Assembly (NCBI GenBank): GCA_020053595.1
Contig: JAGVMV010000046.1
Span: 197 to 64,196 of the forward strand
DNA: 64,000 nt
Source of the DNA: Thermoleophilia bacterium
Lineage (GTDB): Bacteria > Actinomycetota > Thermoleophilia > BMS3ABIN01
Reading direction: 5' to 3'
In this document: positions 1 through 9,439 of the stretch, piece after piece
Layout of the letters: every line of letters starts with the position of its first letter
How positions within the stretch are numbered: the stretch's first letter is position 1
Made by a program: the position numbers and the translations under genes
The notes under the pieces: generated by a model
What the model was told of the DNA's origin: nothing
The model's input: the letters and a program-made list of their open reading frames with translations, nothing else
The model's database searches: none

Positions 1-36
1 CCTTCTGAGGCGAGCTTGCAGGTTTTTATCAGTCAT
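1..36 (-). CDS. Probable 5' end of a gene running off the window (MTDKNLQARLRR...)
   Basis: ATG at 36 on the minus strand, open to the window edge, with GGAG upstream. Too short to identify. Confidence 0.3.
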   Translation of the reverse strand, partial: MTDKNLQARLRR

Positions 37-128
37 ATGATCCAATAATATCTCCGATGTCCGGACTCACCCTGCCTGCCAGCATTCTTCGCTCTAGCCG
101 CAGATGAATACCCAGACCGCCGACAAGC

Positions 129-1181
129 TTAACATATTTGTGTCCTTAAAACATCCGAAACTCCGGCTGCGAGCTGCAGGCAGTGTTCGGCCGTTTCGAC
201 ATCGCGTGAACCCAGCCCACATGACTCGGATATAAAGGAATTTGCGAGGACATCAGCGGTTGAAAGTCCCGCGCTAAAAGAGGCCACCTTCTCGGCTCCC
301 GCCATTACCTGTTCCGCAAGTGTTTTGGCGTCGCTTTCGAATGCCTGACGCCCGGTGGGAACGATGCCCCAGGCGAGCATGCCGCCCCGCTCCATAAAGG
401 CTGCCATCTCCTTTTCGTAGATGAGCAGTTCCTGCAGGTGGCGAAAGGCGTCAAAGTGGAGAATGTCGACTTCAGTTGAAGCGAGCAATGCCCAGTCAGT
501 CCCGCCGCAGACGTGCGTACCGGACAAACCGTCAATGGCGGCATAGCACTCGTTAAGACTGGAGATTACCTGCTCCGGCGGCAGGCTGATCATCGCCGAG
601 CCGACCTGGGTCAGGTAAGGTTCGTCAAAAAAAATGACTGGCAATTGCTTCGGGGCAACCTTGCGGAAGATCTCAGCCTGCCAGCGCCCCTTGAATGCCA
701 GGGCTTTGACAATCGCCTCGAAGAGGTCCGCCTCATAGAGCACTGGTTTCTTCGCTCCAGCGGTTACTGTCAGGCCAAAACTGACCGGGCCGGTCACCTG
801 GCCTTTGGTGAAAAGCGCGCCAGTCACGGGCAAACGCTCGATGAGCAGGTCAAGTCCACGGGCGTAATCAGCCGAGATGGCGCAATATTCGACATCATCG
901 GCCAGGTAGTGTTCGTAAAAATCGGCCATTTCCATGGGCGCCTTTTCCAGGTCGAACCTGATACTGTGGCTTTCTTCATCAACTACCACGGCGGGCATGC
1001 TTTCCGCATACTGGATATACATGCCTTCCCGGAAATCGGCTTTTGGCAGTTGCGGCCATCCGGGGCACAATGGGTTATACCTGATCATCGTGTCGACCGC
1101 CGCCGACGGGTCGGTGTGAGGAAGACTGCCTATGGCCATCGTGGCGCATTCGGGAAGTGGCCGGCTCACGCTATCAGGCAC
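129..1181 (-). CDS. Core (single-barrel) methionine synthase, MetE C-terminal-like; resembles the folate-independent MesB-type family
   Basis: GSLPH and WPQLP N-terminal motifs, KGQVTGP, FFDEP, Zn-ligand-like HVC and SCGLG. The GTG at 1181 overlaps the upstream stop (GTGCCTGA). Confidence 0.75.
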   Translation of the reverse strand: MPDSVSRPLPECATMAIGSLPHTDPSAAVDTMIRYNPLCPGWPQLPKADFREGMYIQYAESMPAVVVDEESHSIRFDLEKAPMEMADFYEHYLADDVEYCAISADYARGLDLLIERLPVTGALFTKGQVTGPVSFGLTVTAGAKKPVLYEADLFEAIVKALAFKGRWQAEIFRKVAPKQLPVIFFDEPYLTQVGSAMISLPPEQVISSLNECYAAIDGLSGTHVCGGTDWALLASTEVDILHFDAFRHLQELLIYEKEMAAFMERGGMLAWGIVPTGRQAFESDAKTLAEQVMAGAEKVASFSAGLSTADVLANSFISESCGLGSRDVETAEHCLQLAAGVSDVLRTQIC

Positions 1182-2319
1182 CCGCGGCGATCTTCTCGAC
1201 TGCTTCCAGGGCGGCCTCGATATCATTATCAGTATTGAACGGCCCGACGCTCAAACGCACGGCTCCGCGTTTCAATGTTCCCATCGCCCGGTGGGCTCCG
1301 GGAGCGCAGTGTATCCCCGCGCGGGAGGCGATTCCATATTCGCGGTCGAGTTTGCCGGCGACTTCAGAGGATGGCAACTCGCCTACATTAAAAGCGACCA
1401 GTGGCCCTCGAGGCTCTCCTTTGGCGGGCCCATAGACATCTACTGGTCCAATAGCCGTCAGGCCTTCGTAAAGAAGCGTGGTCAGGCCGGCCTTGTGTGC
1501 CCGCAGCTTTTCCACTCCTTCAGCTTCCAGGAAATCAAAACCGGCGCCCAGCCCTGCTATGCCCGGCGTATTCAGCGTGCCTGGCTCATAGCGATCCGGC
1601 CGGGAGAGCGCGTCCTGCTCATCTTCGGAGTTGGTGCCGGTCCCGCCCTGGCGCACCGATCGCAGCTCGATTTCCGGTGAAATATACAGCAGCCCGACGC
1701 CCTGGGGTCCCATCAGGCTCTTGTGTCCGGTGCAGGCCAGCATAGATACCGGCATTTCCTCCATATCGAGGGGGATGGTGCCGGCGCTCTGGGCGGCATC
1801 CACGAGCAGCGGCACGCCGCGCTCTTTCAGCGCGAGGCTTAGTTCCGGTATCGCCTGGATGGCTCCGGTAATGTTGGAGGCGTGAGTCAGAACCACCAGT
1901 TTTGTCGAATGCCTGACCGCCGCCAGGATCTGATCCTTATCGACCAGGCCGGCGGCGTCCGATGGCACCAGCGTCACGTTGACCCCCTCGGCGGTGAAGA
2001 CTTTAAGCGGACGCACCACCGCGTTGTGCTCGACAGTCGTACTGACCACGTGGTCTCCGGGAGTCAGCAGGCCCCGCATCGCGGTGTTGAGCGAGTCGGT
2101 GGCGTTCTGGGTGAAGATGATATTTGAGCTGTCGGCAACGTTCAGGAACCGCGCAGCTTTCTCTCTGGTTTGAAAGATCACCCGCGCCGCGGCTACCGCG
2201 GTTCTGTGCGCGCCGCGGCCGGGATTGGCGCACCATTCGCGCAAGCATTGATCGACGGCGTCGACTACCCCCGATGGTTTGGGACAGGAGCTGGCGGCAT
2301 TGTCGAGATATATTGACAT
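1174..2319 (-). CDS. Cysteine desulfurase family protein (class V PLP aminotransferase)
   Basis: IYLDNAA, EHNAV, DAAQ, PLP-lysine GHKS and catalytic RAGIHCAP motifs. Confidence 0.9.
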   Translation of the reverse strand: MSIYLDNAASSCPKPSGVVDAVDQCLREWCANPGRGAHRTAVAAARVIFQTREKAARFLNVADSSNIIFTQNATDSLNTAMRGLLTPGDHVVSTTVEHNAVVRPLKVFTAEGVNVTLVPSDAAGLVDKDQILAAVRHSTKLVVLTHASNITGAIQAIPELSLALKERGVPLLVDAAQSAGTIPLDMEEMPVSMLACTGHKSLMGPQGVGLLYISPEIELRSVRQGGTGTNSEDEQDALSRPDRYEPGTLNTPGIAGLGAGFDFLEAEGVEKLRAHKAGLTTLLYEGLTAIGPVDVYGPAKGEPRGPLVAFNVGELPSSEVAGKLDREYGIASRAGIHCAPGAHRAMGTLKRGAVRLSVGPFNTDNDIEAALEAVEKIAAGA

Positions 2320-2325
2320 CGTATC

Positions 2326-2856
2326 CTAAGTTTGAAATTTCTGTTCCACTTTGGCGATCATCGGTGCGAGATCCGTTGTTGGCTGGAAAAGCCTGTTTGA
2401 GAATAGATACTGGTTTCGGGTCCGTGAATATGATAATTCCAGCGTGTCGTTGCTGCCGAAGGAAAAGACCAGCAGGTCGGAAAATGTCGCATCGCTCGCT
2501 CCTTCAACCGGTTGAGAGTTCGTAATAGCGGTGGCGAATTCGGTAAACTCATCGGTGCTGCCACCCACCATGTAAGAGGCCAACCCTCCAGCCGAATCCG
2601 AAGCGAATATGCTGAGAAAGCGTGCCTGTGCCGCTTCCGCCAGCGTACGCTCCCGCACCGTGGCAACGCCAGGTTCCCGCTGTGGCCCGCTGGTGATATC
2701 GCCATCATCGCGCATCATTATCCAGGTCGCCGCGGCAAGAATTACAAGGAGCGCCACCAGCACCGCCAGAAAAACGGTAAGACTGCTTCTTGTTTTCACT
2801 GTAGGCTCCGACCTTCCATCCGCCAATATGATATACCCATGTGGCATCGCTGCCAA
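2326..2856 (-). CDS. Hypothetical single-pass membrane protein
   Basis: 176-aa ORF with one strongly hydrophobic N-terminal helix, 6 bp upstream of the desulfurase. Start uncertain. Confidence 0.6.
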   Translation of the reverse strand: MAAMPHGYIILADGRSEPTVKTRSSLTVFLAVLVALLVILAAATWIMMRDDGDITSGPQREPGVATVRERTLAEAAQARFLSIFASDSAGGLASYMVGGSTDEFTEFATAITNSQPVEGASDATFSDLLVFSFGSNDTLELSYSRTRNQYLFSNRLFQPTTDLAPMIAKVEQKFQT

Positions 2857-2944
2857 AGTTGCATTAGTATCGGGACTCTTCGTATATTGTATTGTCTTTT
2901 GCCTAAACAGACGCGGCCTGCGAAGCGGCTCCGCAAATTACCAG

Positions 2945-5900
2945 ATGACTGAAAACGACAACCTGAACAAGAACATCTACCGCAAGGTTTCGCCGCGGGT
3001 GGACCTGCCGGCGCTCGAGGAGGGCATTCTCGATTTCTGGCGTGAGAACCGCATCTTCGAGAAGAGTCTTGAGTCGAGAGCGGACGGCCCCGAGTTCGTC
3101 TTTTACGAAGGGCCGCCGACAGCCAACGGCAAACCAGGCTCGCATCACGTACTTTCCCGCATCTTCAAGGATATCTTCCCCCGTTATCGCACCATGTGCG
3201 GCTATCATGTTCCGCGCAAGGCCGGCTGGGACACCCACGGGCTGCCGGTGGAGCTCGAGGTCGAGAAACAGCTCGGCATCAGCGGCAAAAAAGATATCGA
3301 GAAGATCGGGATCGCCAGGTTCAATGAACTTTGCCGCGAGAGCATCTACAGGTATCTGGAAGACTGGGAGAAGCTCACCGAGCGCATAGGTTTCTGGATC
3401 GATACCGACGACGCCTATTACACACTGACCAACGGCTATATCGAGAGCGTCTGGTGGATCCTCAAGGAGGTCTGGAAGAAGGGCCTGCTTTATCACGACT
3501 ACAAGGTGGTGCCTTATTGTGCCCGCTGTGGTACGGCGCTTTCCAGCCACGAAGTAGACCAGGGATACAAGACCGTGGAGGATCCCTCCATATTCGTCAA
3601 ATTCCCCCTGGCCGATGAGCCCGAGCTGTCGCTGCTGGTCTGGACGACGACCCCCTGGACGCTGATCAGCAATGTGGCAGTGGCGATAAATTCCCAGATC
3701 GGCTATGTTGAGGTCAAAGCCGCGGGCCAGAGAATGATCATGGCCCGGTCGCTCGTGGAAAAGGTGCTTGGCGAAGACGCCGAGATCGTGCGCGAAATCT
3801 CAGCCAGCGAGCTTGCCGGCAAGTGTTATATCCCGCCCTATGATTTTATCAAGCCGGATAAAAAAGCCCATTATGTTGTCACGGCCAACTTCGTCTCAGC
3901 CGATGAGGGCAGCGGTATCGTGCACATCGCGCCGGCTTTCGGCGCTGATGATCTCACGGTCGGCCGTGAGCACGATCTGCCGGTGATAAACGCGGTCACC
4001 GAGGAAGGCCTGTTCGAGGAGCGGGTCATACCCTGGGCGGGCAGATTTGTTAAACAGGTGGACATTGAAATAGTCGATGAGTTGAGGGAACGCGGTCTGT
4101 TGTTGGCCCATCTGCCCTACGAGCACTCCTACCCCCATTGCTGGCGCTGTGACACGCCGCTGATCTACTACGCGAAAGCCAGCTGGTATATCCGCACCAC
4201 CGCCATCAAGGATGAACTGCTGGCGGCCAATGAGTCGGTCACCTGGCACCCCGAGCACATCAAACACGGCCGCTTTGGCAACTGGCTGGAGAACAACGTC
4301 GACTGGGCTCTTTCCCGGGAGCGCTACTGGGGCACGCCGTTGCCGGTCTGGCTTTGCGAAAACGGTCACGAGAGCTGTGTTGGCAGTCTCGAGGAACTGC
4401 GCTCTCTGGCTATGACCGATCCCGGCGATGACCTTGATCTGCACCGTCCGTTTATTGACGATATCAAGTTGAAATGCGCCGAATGCGGGCAGGAGATGAC
4501 CCGGGTGACGGAGGTTATTGACGCCTGGTTCGACTCGGGCAGCATGCCGGTAGCCCAGTGGCACTATCCCTTTGAAAACGAGGACCAGTTTCGGAACTGC
4601 TTTCCCGCCGATTTCATCTGTGAGGCAATCGACCAGACCCGTGGCTGGTTCTATAGCCTGATGGCAGTGAGCACGTTGCTGTTTGGCGAATCCAGCTATA
4701 AAAATGTTGTCTGCCTTGGGCACATACTCGACCGGGATGGACAGAAAATGAGCAAATCCAAAGGCAATGTGGTCGAACCCTGGCAGGTACTCAATAAACA
4801 GGGCGCCGACGCCTTCCGCTGGTACCTGTTTACGGTCAGCTCGCCCTGGTACCCGCGGCGATTTTTTCCCGAAGCTATCGACGAGGTTGTGCGCAAGTTC
4901 CTGCTCACACTCTGGAATACCTATTCATTCTTCACGGTCTATGCCAACATCGACGGTTTCAACCCCCTGGAACATCAGGTGCCGGTTAGCGAGCGGCCGC
5001 TGCTCGATCGCTGGATCCTGGCCTCGCTTCATCGTCTGGTCGGCAAGGTGCGGGATGGTCTCGAAGGGTACGAGGTTACCGCCAGCGGCCGCCAGATCCA
5101 GGAATTCGTGGATGATCTCTCCAACTGGTACGTGCGTCGCAGCCGTCGCCGTTTCTGGAAAAGCGAGGAGGATGCTGACAAAGTCAGCGCCTACCTGACC
5201 CTGTACGAGTGTCTGGTTACCGTCAGCAAGCTGCTGGCGCCGTATACGCCTTTTATGGTAGAGGAAATCTATCGCAACCTGGTTTGCTCGATTGACTCAA
5301 GGGCTCCGGAAAGCGTGCACCTCTGCGATTATCCTGAAGCAGACCAAAACATCATTGACGAGGAGCTGCTTTTTGAGATGGATATGGTCCGGCGTGTGAT
5401 CAACCTGGGCCGGGCGGCACGAAACAAGGCCGCCATCAAGACCCGGCAACCGCTGGCGGAAGCGGTGGCGGTCGCATCACCCGAGGAACAGAAAGCCATC
5501 GTGGCGCTGGAGCGTCTGGTGCTCGATGAACTCAATGTGAAGCAGCTGCGCTTCGTCCGTGAAGTGAAGGAGCTCGCCGGGCTACGGCTCAAACCAAATC
5601 TGCAGAAGCTGGGACCCCGTTTCGGGAAGAAGCGGCCGATGGTGGACGCGGCCATTGCCGCCATGGATCCCGGGCATATCATGACGCTGCTCGAGGCCGA
5701 CGGACGGGTAGGCATCTCCATCGATGGACGTGAGGAGATCCTGGAGCGTGACGACATACTTGTGGAGCAAGTTGAAATGGAAGGTTTCTCAGTCGAAGCC
5801 CAGGGAGACCGCGCCGTCGGTATCAGCACTGTGATCAGCGACCAGCTGCGCAGCGAGGGGCTGGCGCGTGAGCTGGTACACAAGGTTCAAAACCTGCGCA

Positions 5901-6124
5901 AGGAAGCGGGTTTCAAGATCGAGGACACAATATCCGTAAATCTCGCCGGAGCCCGCGAACTGGAGGCAGTGGCTCAGGAATTCAGCGGATTCCTGCAGGC
6001 GGAAACGCTTTGCCGGGAACTCACATTCGATGCCGAACCGCCTGCGGAAGGGTTTACCGCGCCAGTCGCTATCGAGGGAGATTCTTTCACAGTAACCATC
6101 AGACGCATTGGATCCATCAAGTAG
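2945..6124 (+). CDS. ileS: Isoleucine--tRNA ligase, type 2
   Basis: YEGPPTANG, GWDTHGLP, WTTTPWTL, SRERYWGTP, DQTRGWFY, KMSKS and the type-2 C-terminus (EGLARELV...LRKEAG). The ATG at 2945 is chosen because the longer ORF overlaps the divergent gene. Confidence 0.97.
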   Translation: MTENDNLNKNIYRKVSPRVDLPALEEGILDFWRENRIFEKSLESRADGPEFVFYEGPPTANGKPGSHHVLSRIFKDIFPRYRTMCGYHVPRKAGWDTHGLPVELEVEKQLGISGKKDIEKIGIARFNELCRESIYRYLEDWEKLTERIGFWIDTDDAYYTLTNGYIESVWWILKEVWKKGLLYHDYKVVPYCARCGTALSSHEVDQGYKTVEDPSIFVKFPLADEPELSLLVWTTTPWTLISNVAVAINSQIGYVEVKAAGQRMIMARSLVEKVLGEDAEIVREISASELAGKCYIPPYDFIKPDKKAHYVVTANFVSADEGSGIVHIAPAFGADDLTVGREHDLPVINAVTEEGLFEERVIPWAGRFVKQVDIEIVDELRERGLLLAHLPYEHSYPHCWRCDTPLIYYAKASWYIRTTAIKDELLAANESVTWHPEHIKHGRFGNWLENNVDWALSRERYWGTPLPVWLCENGHESCVGSLEELRSLAMTDPGDDLDLHRPFIDDIKLKCAECGQEMTRVTEVIDAWFDSGSMPVAQWHYPFENEDQFRNCFPADFICEAIDQTRGWFYSLMAVSTLLFGESSYKNVVCLGHILDRDGQKMSKSKGNVVEPWQVLNKQGADAFRWYLFTVSSPWYPRRFFPEAIDEVVRKFLLTLWNTYSFFTVYANIDGFNPLEHQVPVSERPLLDRWILASLHRLVGKVRDGLEGYEVTASGRQIQEFVDDLSNWYVRRSRRRFWKSEEDADKVSAYLTLYECLVTVSKLLAPYTPFMVEEIYRNLVCSIDSRAPESVHLCDYPEADQNIIDEELLFEMDMVRRVINLGRAARNKAAIKTRQPLAEAVAVASPEEQKAIVALERLVLDELNVKQLRFVREVKELAGLRLKPNLQKLGPRFGKKRPMVDAAIAAMDPGHIMTLLEADGRVGISIDGREEILERDDILVEQVEMEGFSVEAQGDRAVGISTVISDQLRSEGLARELVHKVQNLRKEAGFKIEDTISVNLAGARELEAVAQEFSGFLQAETLCRELTFDAEPPAEGFTAPVAIEGDSFTVTIRRIGSIK

Positions 6125-6166
6125 ATGCGCCATGTGGCCGAACATCCCAGGGAAGTCAATCTGCCG

Positions 6167-6191
6167 GTTCAAACCCCGTCACCGGGGGTAT
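6167..6191 (+). promoter_or_regulatory. Putative SigB/SigF-type promoter for usp (GTTCAA-N13-GGGTAT)
   Basis: Close match to the SigB consensus immediately upstream of the usp RBS. Confidence 0.45.
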
Positions 6192-6202
6192 AAGGAGGAA
6201 TC

Positions 6203-6628
6203 ATGTACAAGAAGATCCTGATAGCCACAGATGGTTCAAAGACCGCGGACGCGGCGGTGGAGCACGCTGCTTATCTCGCTCGCGCCGCCGGTTCTGACGA
6301 AGTCGTGGTTCTGCATGTCTGCCCGGCATGTACTCCCGAGCTGGACCCGGATTCAAAAAACAGGGAGGCCGCAGCCGAGATAGTCAAGAAAGCCGGTGAG
6401 ACGATTGCCGCCGAAGGGATCGTCGTCCGAACGATGGTTGAGATGGATTATCCTCCGGAGGAAGTCGGTGAGGCGGTTCTTGATATTGCTACCAGTGAAA
6501 ACGTCGACCTTCTGATCCTGGGTAGCCGTGGCCTCAGCGAGTTCAAGGGGATTCTGCTCGGGAGCGTCAGCCACAAGGTTCTGCAAAAATCCTCATGCCC
6601 GGTGCTGGTGATCAAAGCCGGGGAATGA
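6203..6628 (+). CDS. Universal stress protein
   Basis: MYKKILIATDGS start, GSRG...LLGSVSHKVL...CPVLV, AAGGAGG RBS. Confidence 0.95.
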   Translation: MYKKILIATDGSKTADAAVEHAAYLARAAGSDEVVVLHVCPACTPELDPDSKNREAAAEIVKKAGETIAAEGIVVRTMVEMDYPPEEVGEAVLDIATSENVDLLILGSRGLSEFKGILLGSVSHKVLQKSSCPVLVIKAGE

Positions 6629-6661
6629 TTTAACCGCGGTTGTTAGTCCCCAGTAAAAATC

Positions 6662-6859
6662 CTAGCTGGCGCTGGCGTCAATACCAGGCCGGCCGGATAC
6701 CATCATTTGCGGCCTGAAGGTTGGACAAGCCTCATCCTGAGGCAGGCAGCAAAGCTGGCTCAACCCAAAAAAACAGGTATCACAGGAAACCTCGGCTATA
6801 GCTTTACCCGCTTTTTCTTTTGCCGGATTCTCGACTGGGGCGGTGCCGGTAGCGGGCAA
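6662..6859 (-). CDS. Small Cys-rich hypothetical protein (CxxCFF...LCC...CPTFRP)
   Basis: GAGGAG RBS before TTG at 6859; clustered Cys residues. Confidence 0.6.
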   Translation of the reverse strand: MPATGTAPVENPAKEKAGKAIAEVSCDTCFFGLSQLCCLPQDEACPTFRPQMMVSGRPGIDASAS

Positions 6860-7062
6860 ATCAATAACTCCTCGAATAGTCTGTGATGGGAAGTGCATCT
6901 TATCCCCAGGCAATATGCAACGCAATACCTCAACTGACAAGTTATCCGCAAATTGGACGATTTATTTTCCTAGACCAGGGGCAGGCTTTAAACTCTGCAT
7001 CCTCGGGTTTGATATGATAATTTCCGGTGCCGTCAAAGACGGACCTACGGTTTGAAAATAGT

Positions 7063-7791
7063 TTGAAAAATACTGTTAAAAATTATCTCATTCTGCTCGC
7101 TGCATCCGTCATTGTTTCTCTGGCTGTTTCAGGCTGCGGTGGTGACGACAAAACAACGAGCGAGGCAAGCACGTCGACTGCAAGCCGCCAAACAACCACC
7201 TCTGCCACCCAGACGGCAAAAACGACGGAACAGGCAGGCATCAAGCTCGACGCGAACCTGCAAAGCAAGACCGGGATTCCCTCGCCCCCGGAGATGGCCG
7301 TGCTCATCAATCTTCAGCAAAAAATCCCCTATCCGGTCATCGTGCCGACGGATCTTCCTTCCGGGTATAATCTTGAGGCTGACCTGATCGGTTACGGCGG
7401 CAAAACCGCCAAGGATCCGGTGGGATACTACAGCTTCAGGTTTGCGGATCCGTCCAACGCTAACCGGTCGCTTACTTTCAACCAGAGCCTGTCCAACAGC
7501 AAGCCTCTATCGGGTTACTACCTTACAGAGGTTGAGATGAATGGGGTGAACTACCAGGTATACTGGCACAAGACCCTGGAATACCTGCCCCAGGGTGATC
7601 CGGTACGGACAGACTCAGTCGGAGAAGCGGAGACCTTCGTGGTCGTCTGGCAGGGTCAATATACGGATCCGTCAACCGGAAAACCGCAGGAACTCTGGTA
7701 TAACATGCAATCCGGCACCTGGACCACCAGCTGGAATGAAATACAGACAGTGCTGTCGAATCTCAAGCCGCTTTCCACTGTAGCTGAATAA
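7063..7791 (+). CDS. Hypothetical lipoprotein
   Basis: Signal peptide with lipobox (AVSG-C) followed by a Thr/Ser-rich linker. Start is TTG 7063 or GTG 7027. Confidence 0.75.
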   Translation: MKNTVKNYLILLAASVIVSLAVSGCGGDDKTTSEASTSTASRQTTTSATQTAKTTEQAGIKLDANLQSKTGIPSPPEMAVLINLQQKIPYPVIVPTDLPSGYNLEADLIGYGGKTAKDPVGYYSFRFADPSNANRSLTFNQSLSNSKPLSGYYLTEVEMNGVNYQVYWHKTLEYLPQGDPVRTDSVGEAETFVVVWQGQYTDPSTGKPQELWYNMQSGTWTTSWNEIQTVLSNLKPLSTVAE

Positions 7792-7818
7792 AAAAAAGAC
7801 GGCCCGCCTGGGCCGCCT
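7790..7818 (-). terminator. Rho-independent terminator of the NifV-LeuCD-Icd-like operon
   Basis: Minus strand AGGCGGCCC-AGGC-GGGCCGTCT followed by a T run. Confidence 0.75.
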
Positions 7819-7852
7819 GATGATAGTTCCATTCTTCCGCCTTCAGGACAGG

Positions 7853-8860
7853 CTATTTTCCCTGGATGACCGCGATTATGGCGTCGGCCATCTCAGAGGT
7901 GCCGGCAGTGCCGCCGAGATCGTAGGTGACCTGTACACCAGCCCCGATGACCTGCCGAACCGCCACGGTCACGCGATCCGCTGCGTCATTTTCACCCAAA
8001 TGCCTGAGCATCAGGGCGCCCGAGAGTATCGTCGCGGTCGCATTGGCCTTGTTCTTGCCCGCGTATTTCGGCGCGCTGCCATGTACCGGCTCGAAAACAG
8101 CCATGGTATCGCCGATATTCGCGCCTGGCGCCACTCCCAGCCCTCCGATGAGTCCCGCGCAGAGGTCGGAAAGGATGTCTCCATAGAGGTTTGGCATTAC
8201 CATCACGTCATAGAGTTCCGGCTTCTGGACGAGCTGCATGCACATGTTATCCACCAGCCGGTCCTCGAACTCAATGTCGGAATAGCTCTCGGCCACGTGG
8301 CGTACGGATTCCAGGAACAGGCCGTCGCTGTATTTGAGAATGTTGGCCTTGTGAACCGCGGTAACCTTTCTCCGTCCCTGGGCCCGGGCGTATTCAAAGG
8401 CGAAACGAGCGACACGCTCTGATGCCTTGCGAGTAATGATTTTGATGCTCTCGGCGGCATCCTCGCCGACCATGTGCTCGACTCCAGCATAAAGATCCTC
8501 GGTGTTCTCGCGGACTATCACCAGGTCGATATCCTCGTAACGCGACTTTACGCCCGGGATCGACAAGGCCGGGCGCAGGTTGACATACAGGTCGAGCGCC
8601 TTCCGCAAAGCGACGTTTACGCTACGAAAACCGCTGCCGATCGGAGTGGTGACCGGGCCTTTCAGGGCGATGCCGGTCCGGCGAATTGAATTGAGCACAT
8701 TGTCAGGAAGCGGCGTTCCATACTCGGCCATGATATCCTGGCCGGCTTCGACGACCTGCCAGTCGATTTCCACGCCGGTTGCTTCGATAACCCGGCAAGC
8801 CGCCTTGGTGATCTCGGGCCCGATGCCGTCACCGGGAATAAGCGTTACTTGGTATGCCAT
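7853..8860 (-). CDS. Isocitrate/isopropylmalate/homoisocitrate dehydrogenase family protein
   Basis: [42 protein letters not shown]. Confidence 0.93.
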   Translation of the reverse strand: MAYQVTLIPGDGIGPEITKAACRVIEATGVEIDWQVVEAGQDIMAEYGTPLPDNVLNSIRRTGIALKGPVTTPIGSGFRSVNVALRKALDLYVNLRPALSIPGVKSRYEDIDLVIVRENTEDLYAGVEHMVGEDAAESIKIITRKASERVARFAFEYARAQGRRKVTAVHKANILKYSDGLFLESVRHVAESYSDIEFEDRLVDNMCMQLVQKPELYDVMVMPNLYGDILSDLCAGLIGGLGVAPGANIGDTMAVFEPVHGSAPKYAGKNKANATATILSGALMLRHLGENDAADRVTVAVRQVIGAGVQVTYDLGGTAGTSEMADAIIAVIQGK

Positions 8861-8941
8861 GAGATCTCCACTCCTTCCGAGTAGGCGGCCCAGCCGGAAC
8901 AGCCTGCCATCAGTGCAGGCTTTCCGCGAGCCGCCCGATGA

Positions 8942-9439
8942 TTAAAGGTTAAAATCTCCGTATTTTCTGAAGTGCTCTACCAGACCGCCATCGTTCAGGA
9001 TCTTTACCATGACATCAGGCAGGGGCGCAAAGGTCAGCATCTGGTCCCTGGTCACGTTTCTAACGGTACCGGCAGCCAGATCGATCTCCAGCTCATCTCC
9101 CTGTTCGATACCCGAAGTGTCTAACTCCAGCACCGGCAGCCCGACATTGATGGAGTTACGAAAAAATATGCGGGCGAACGACTGGGCCAGCACCGCGTTG
9201 ACTCCCGCCAGCTTGATGATCCGCGGCGCGTGCTCACGGCTGGAACCCAGACCGAAATTCCGGCCTGCCACGACAAAATCGCCGGGACTCATCTCGGAGG
9301 CGAATTCAGTGTTGGCATCCTCGAGTACGTGCCTGGCCAGCTCCGGCAGATTTGTTCTCAGATGGAAATACCTTCCGGGGGCGATATGGTCGGTTGAAAT
9401 GCTGTCCCCGAATTTCCAGGCTTTACCGCGCAATATCAT
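8942..9439 (-). CDS. 3-isopropylmalate dehydratase/homoaconitase-family small subunit (LeuD/HacB-type)
   Basis: FGDSISTD, NFGLGSSREHA, SFARIFFRN. Confidence 0.92.
   Translation of the reverse strand: MILRGKAWKFGDSISTDHIAPGRYFHLRTNLPELARHVLEDANTEFASEMSPGDFVVAGRNFGLGSSREHAPRIIKLAGVNAVLAQSFARIFFRNSINVGLPVLELDTSGIEQGDELEIDLAAGTVRNVTRDQMLTFAPLPDVMVKILNDGGLVEHFRKYGDFNL

Noticed and set aside
2857..2944. Possible T-box upstream of ileS
   Set aside because: The leader is too short and no TGGTGGTACCGCG-type T-box motif is seen.
2609..2944. N-terminal extension of the ileS ORF
   Set aside because: It overlaps a divergent gene; IleRS similarity starts near ATG 2945.
6160..6190. GGTTCAAACCC resembling a tRNA T-loop or att remnant
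   Set aside because: No cloverleaf; better explained as part of a SigB-like promoter or as chance.
7808..8893. 11-bp inverted repeat (ctgggccgcct/aggcggcccag) flanking the dehydrogenase gene
   Set aside because: Short and GC-rich; each copy belongs to its own local hairpin; no recombinase nearby.
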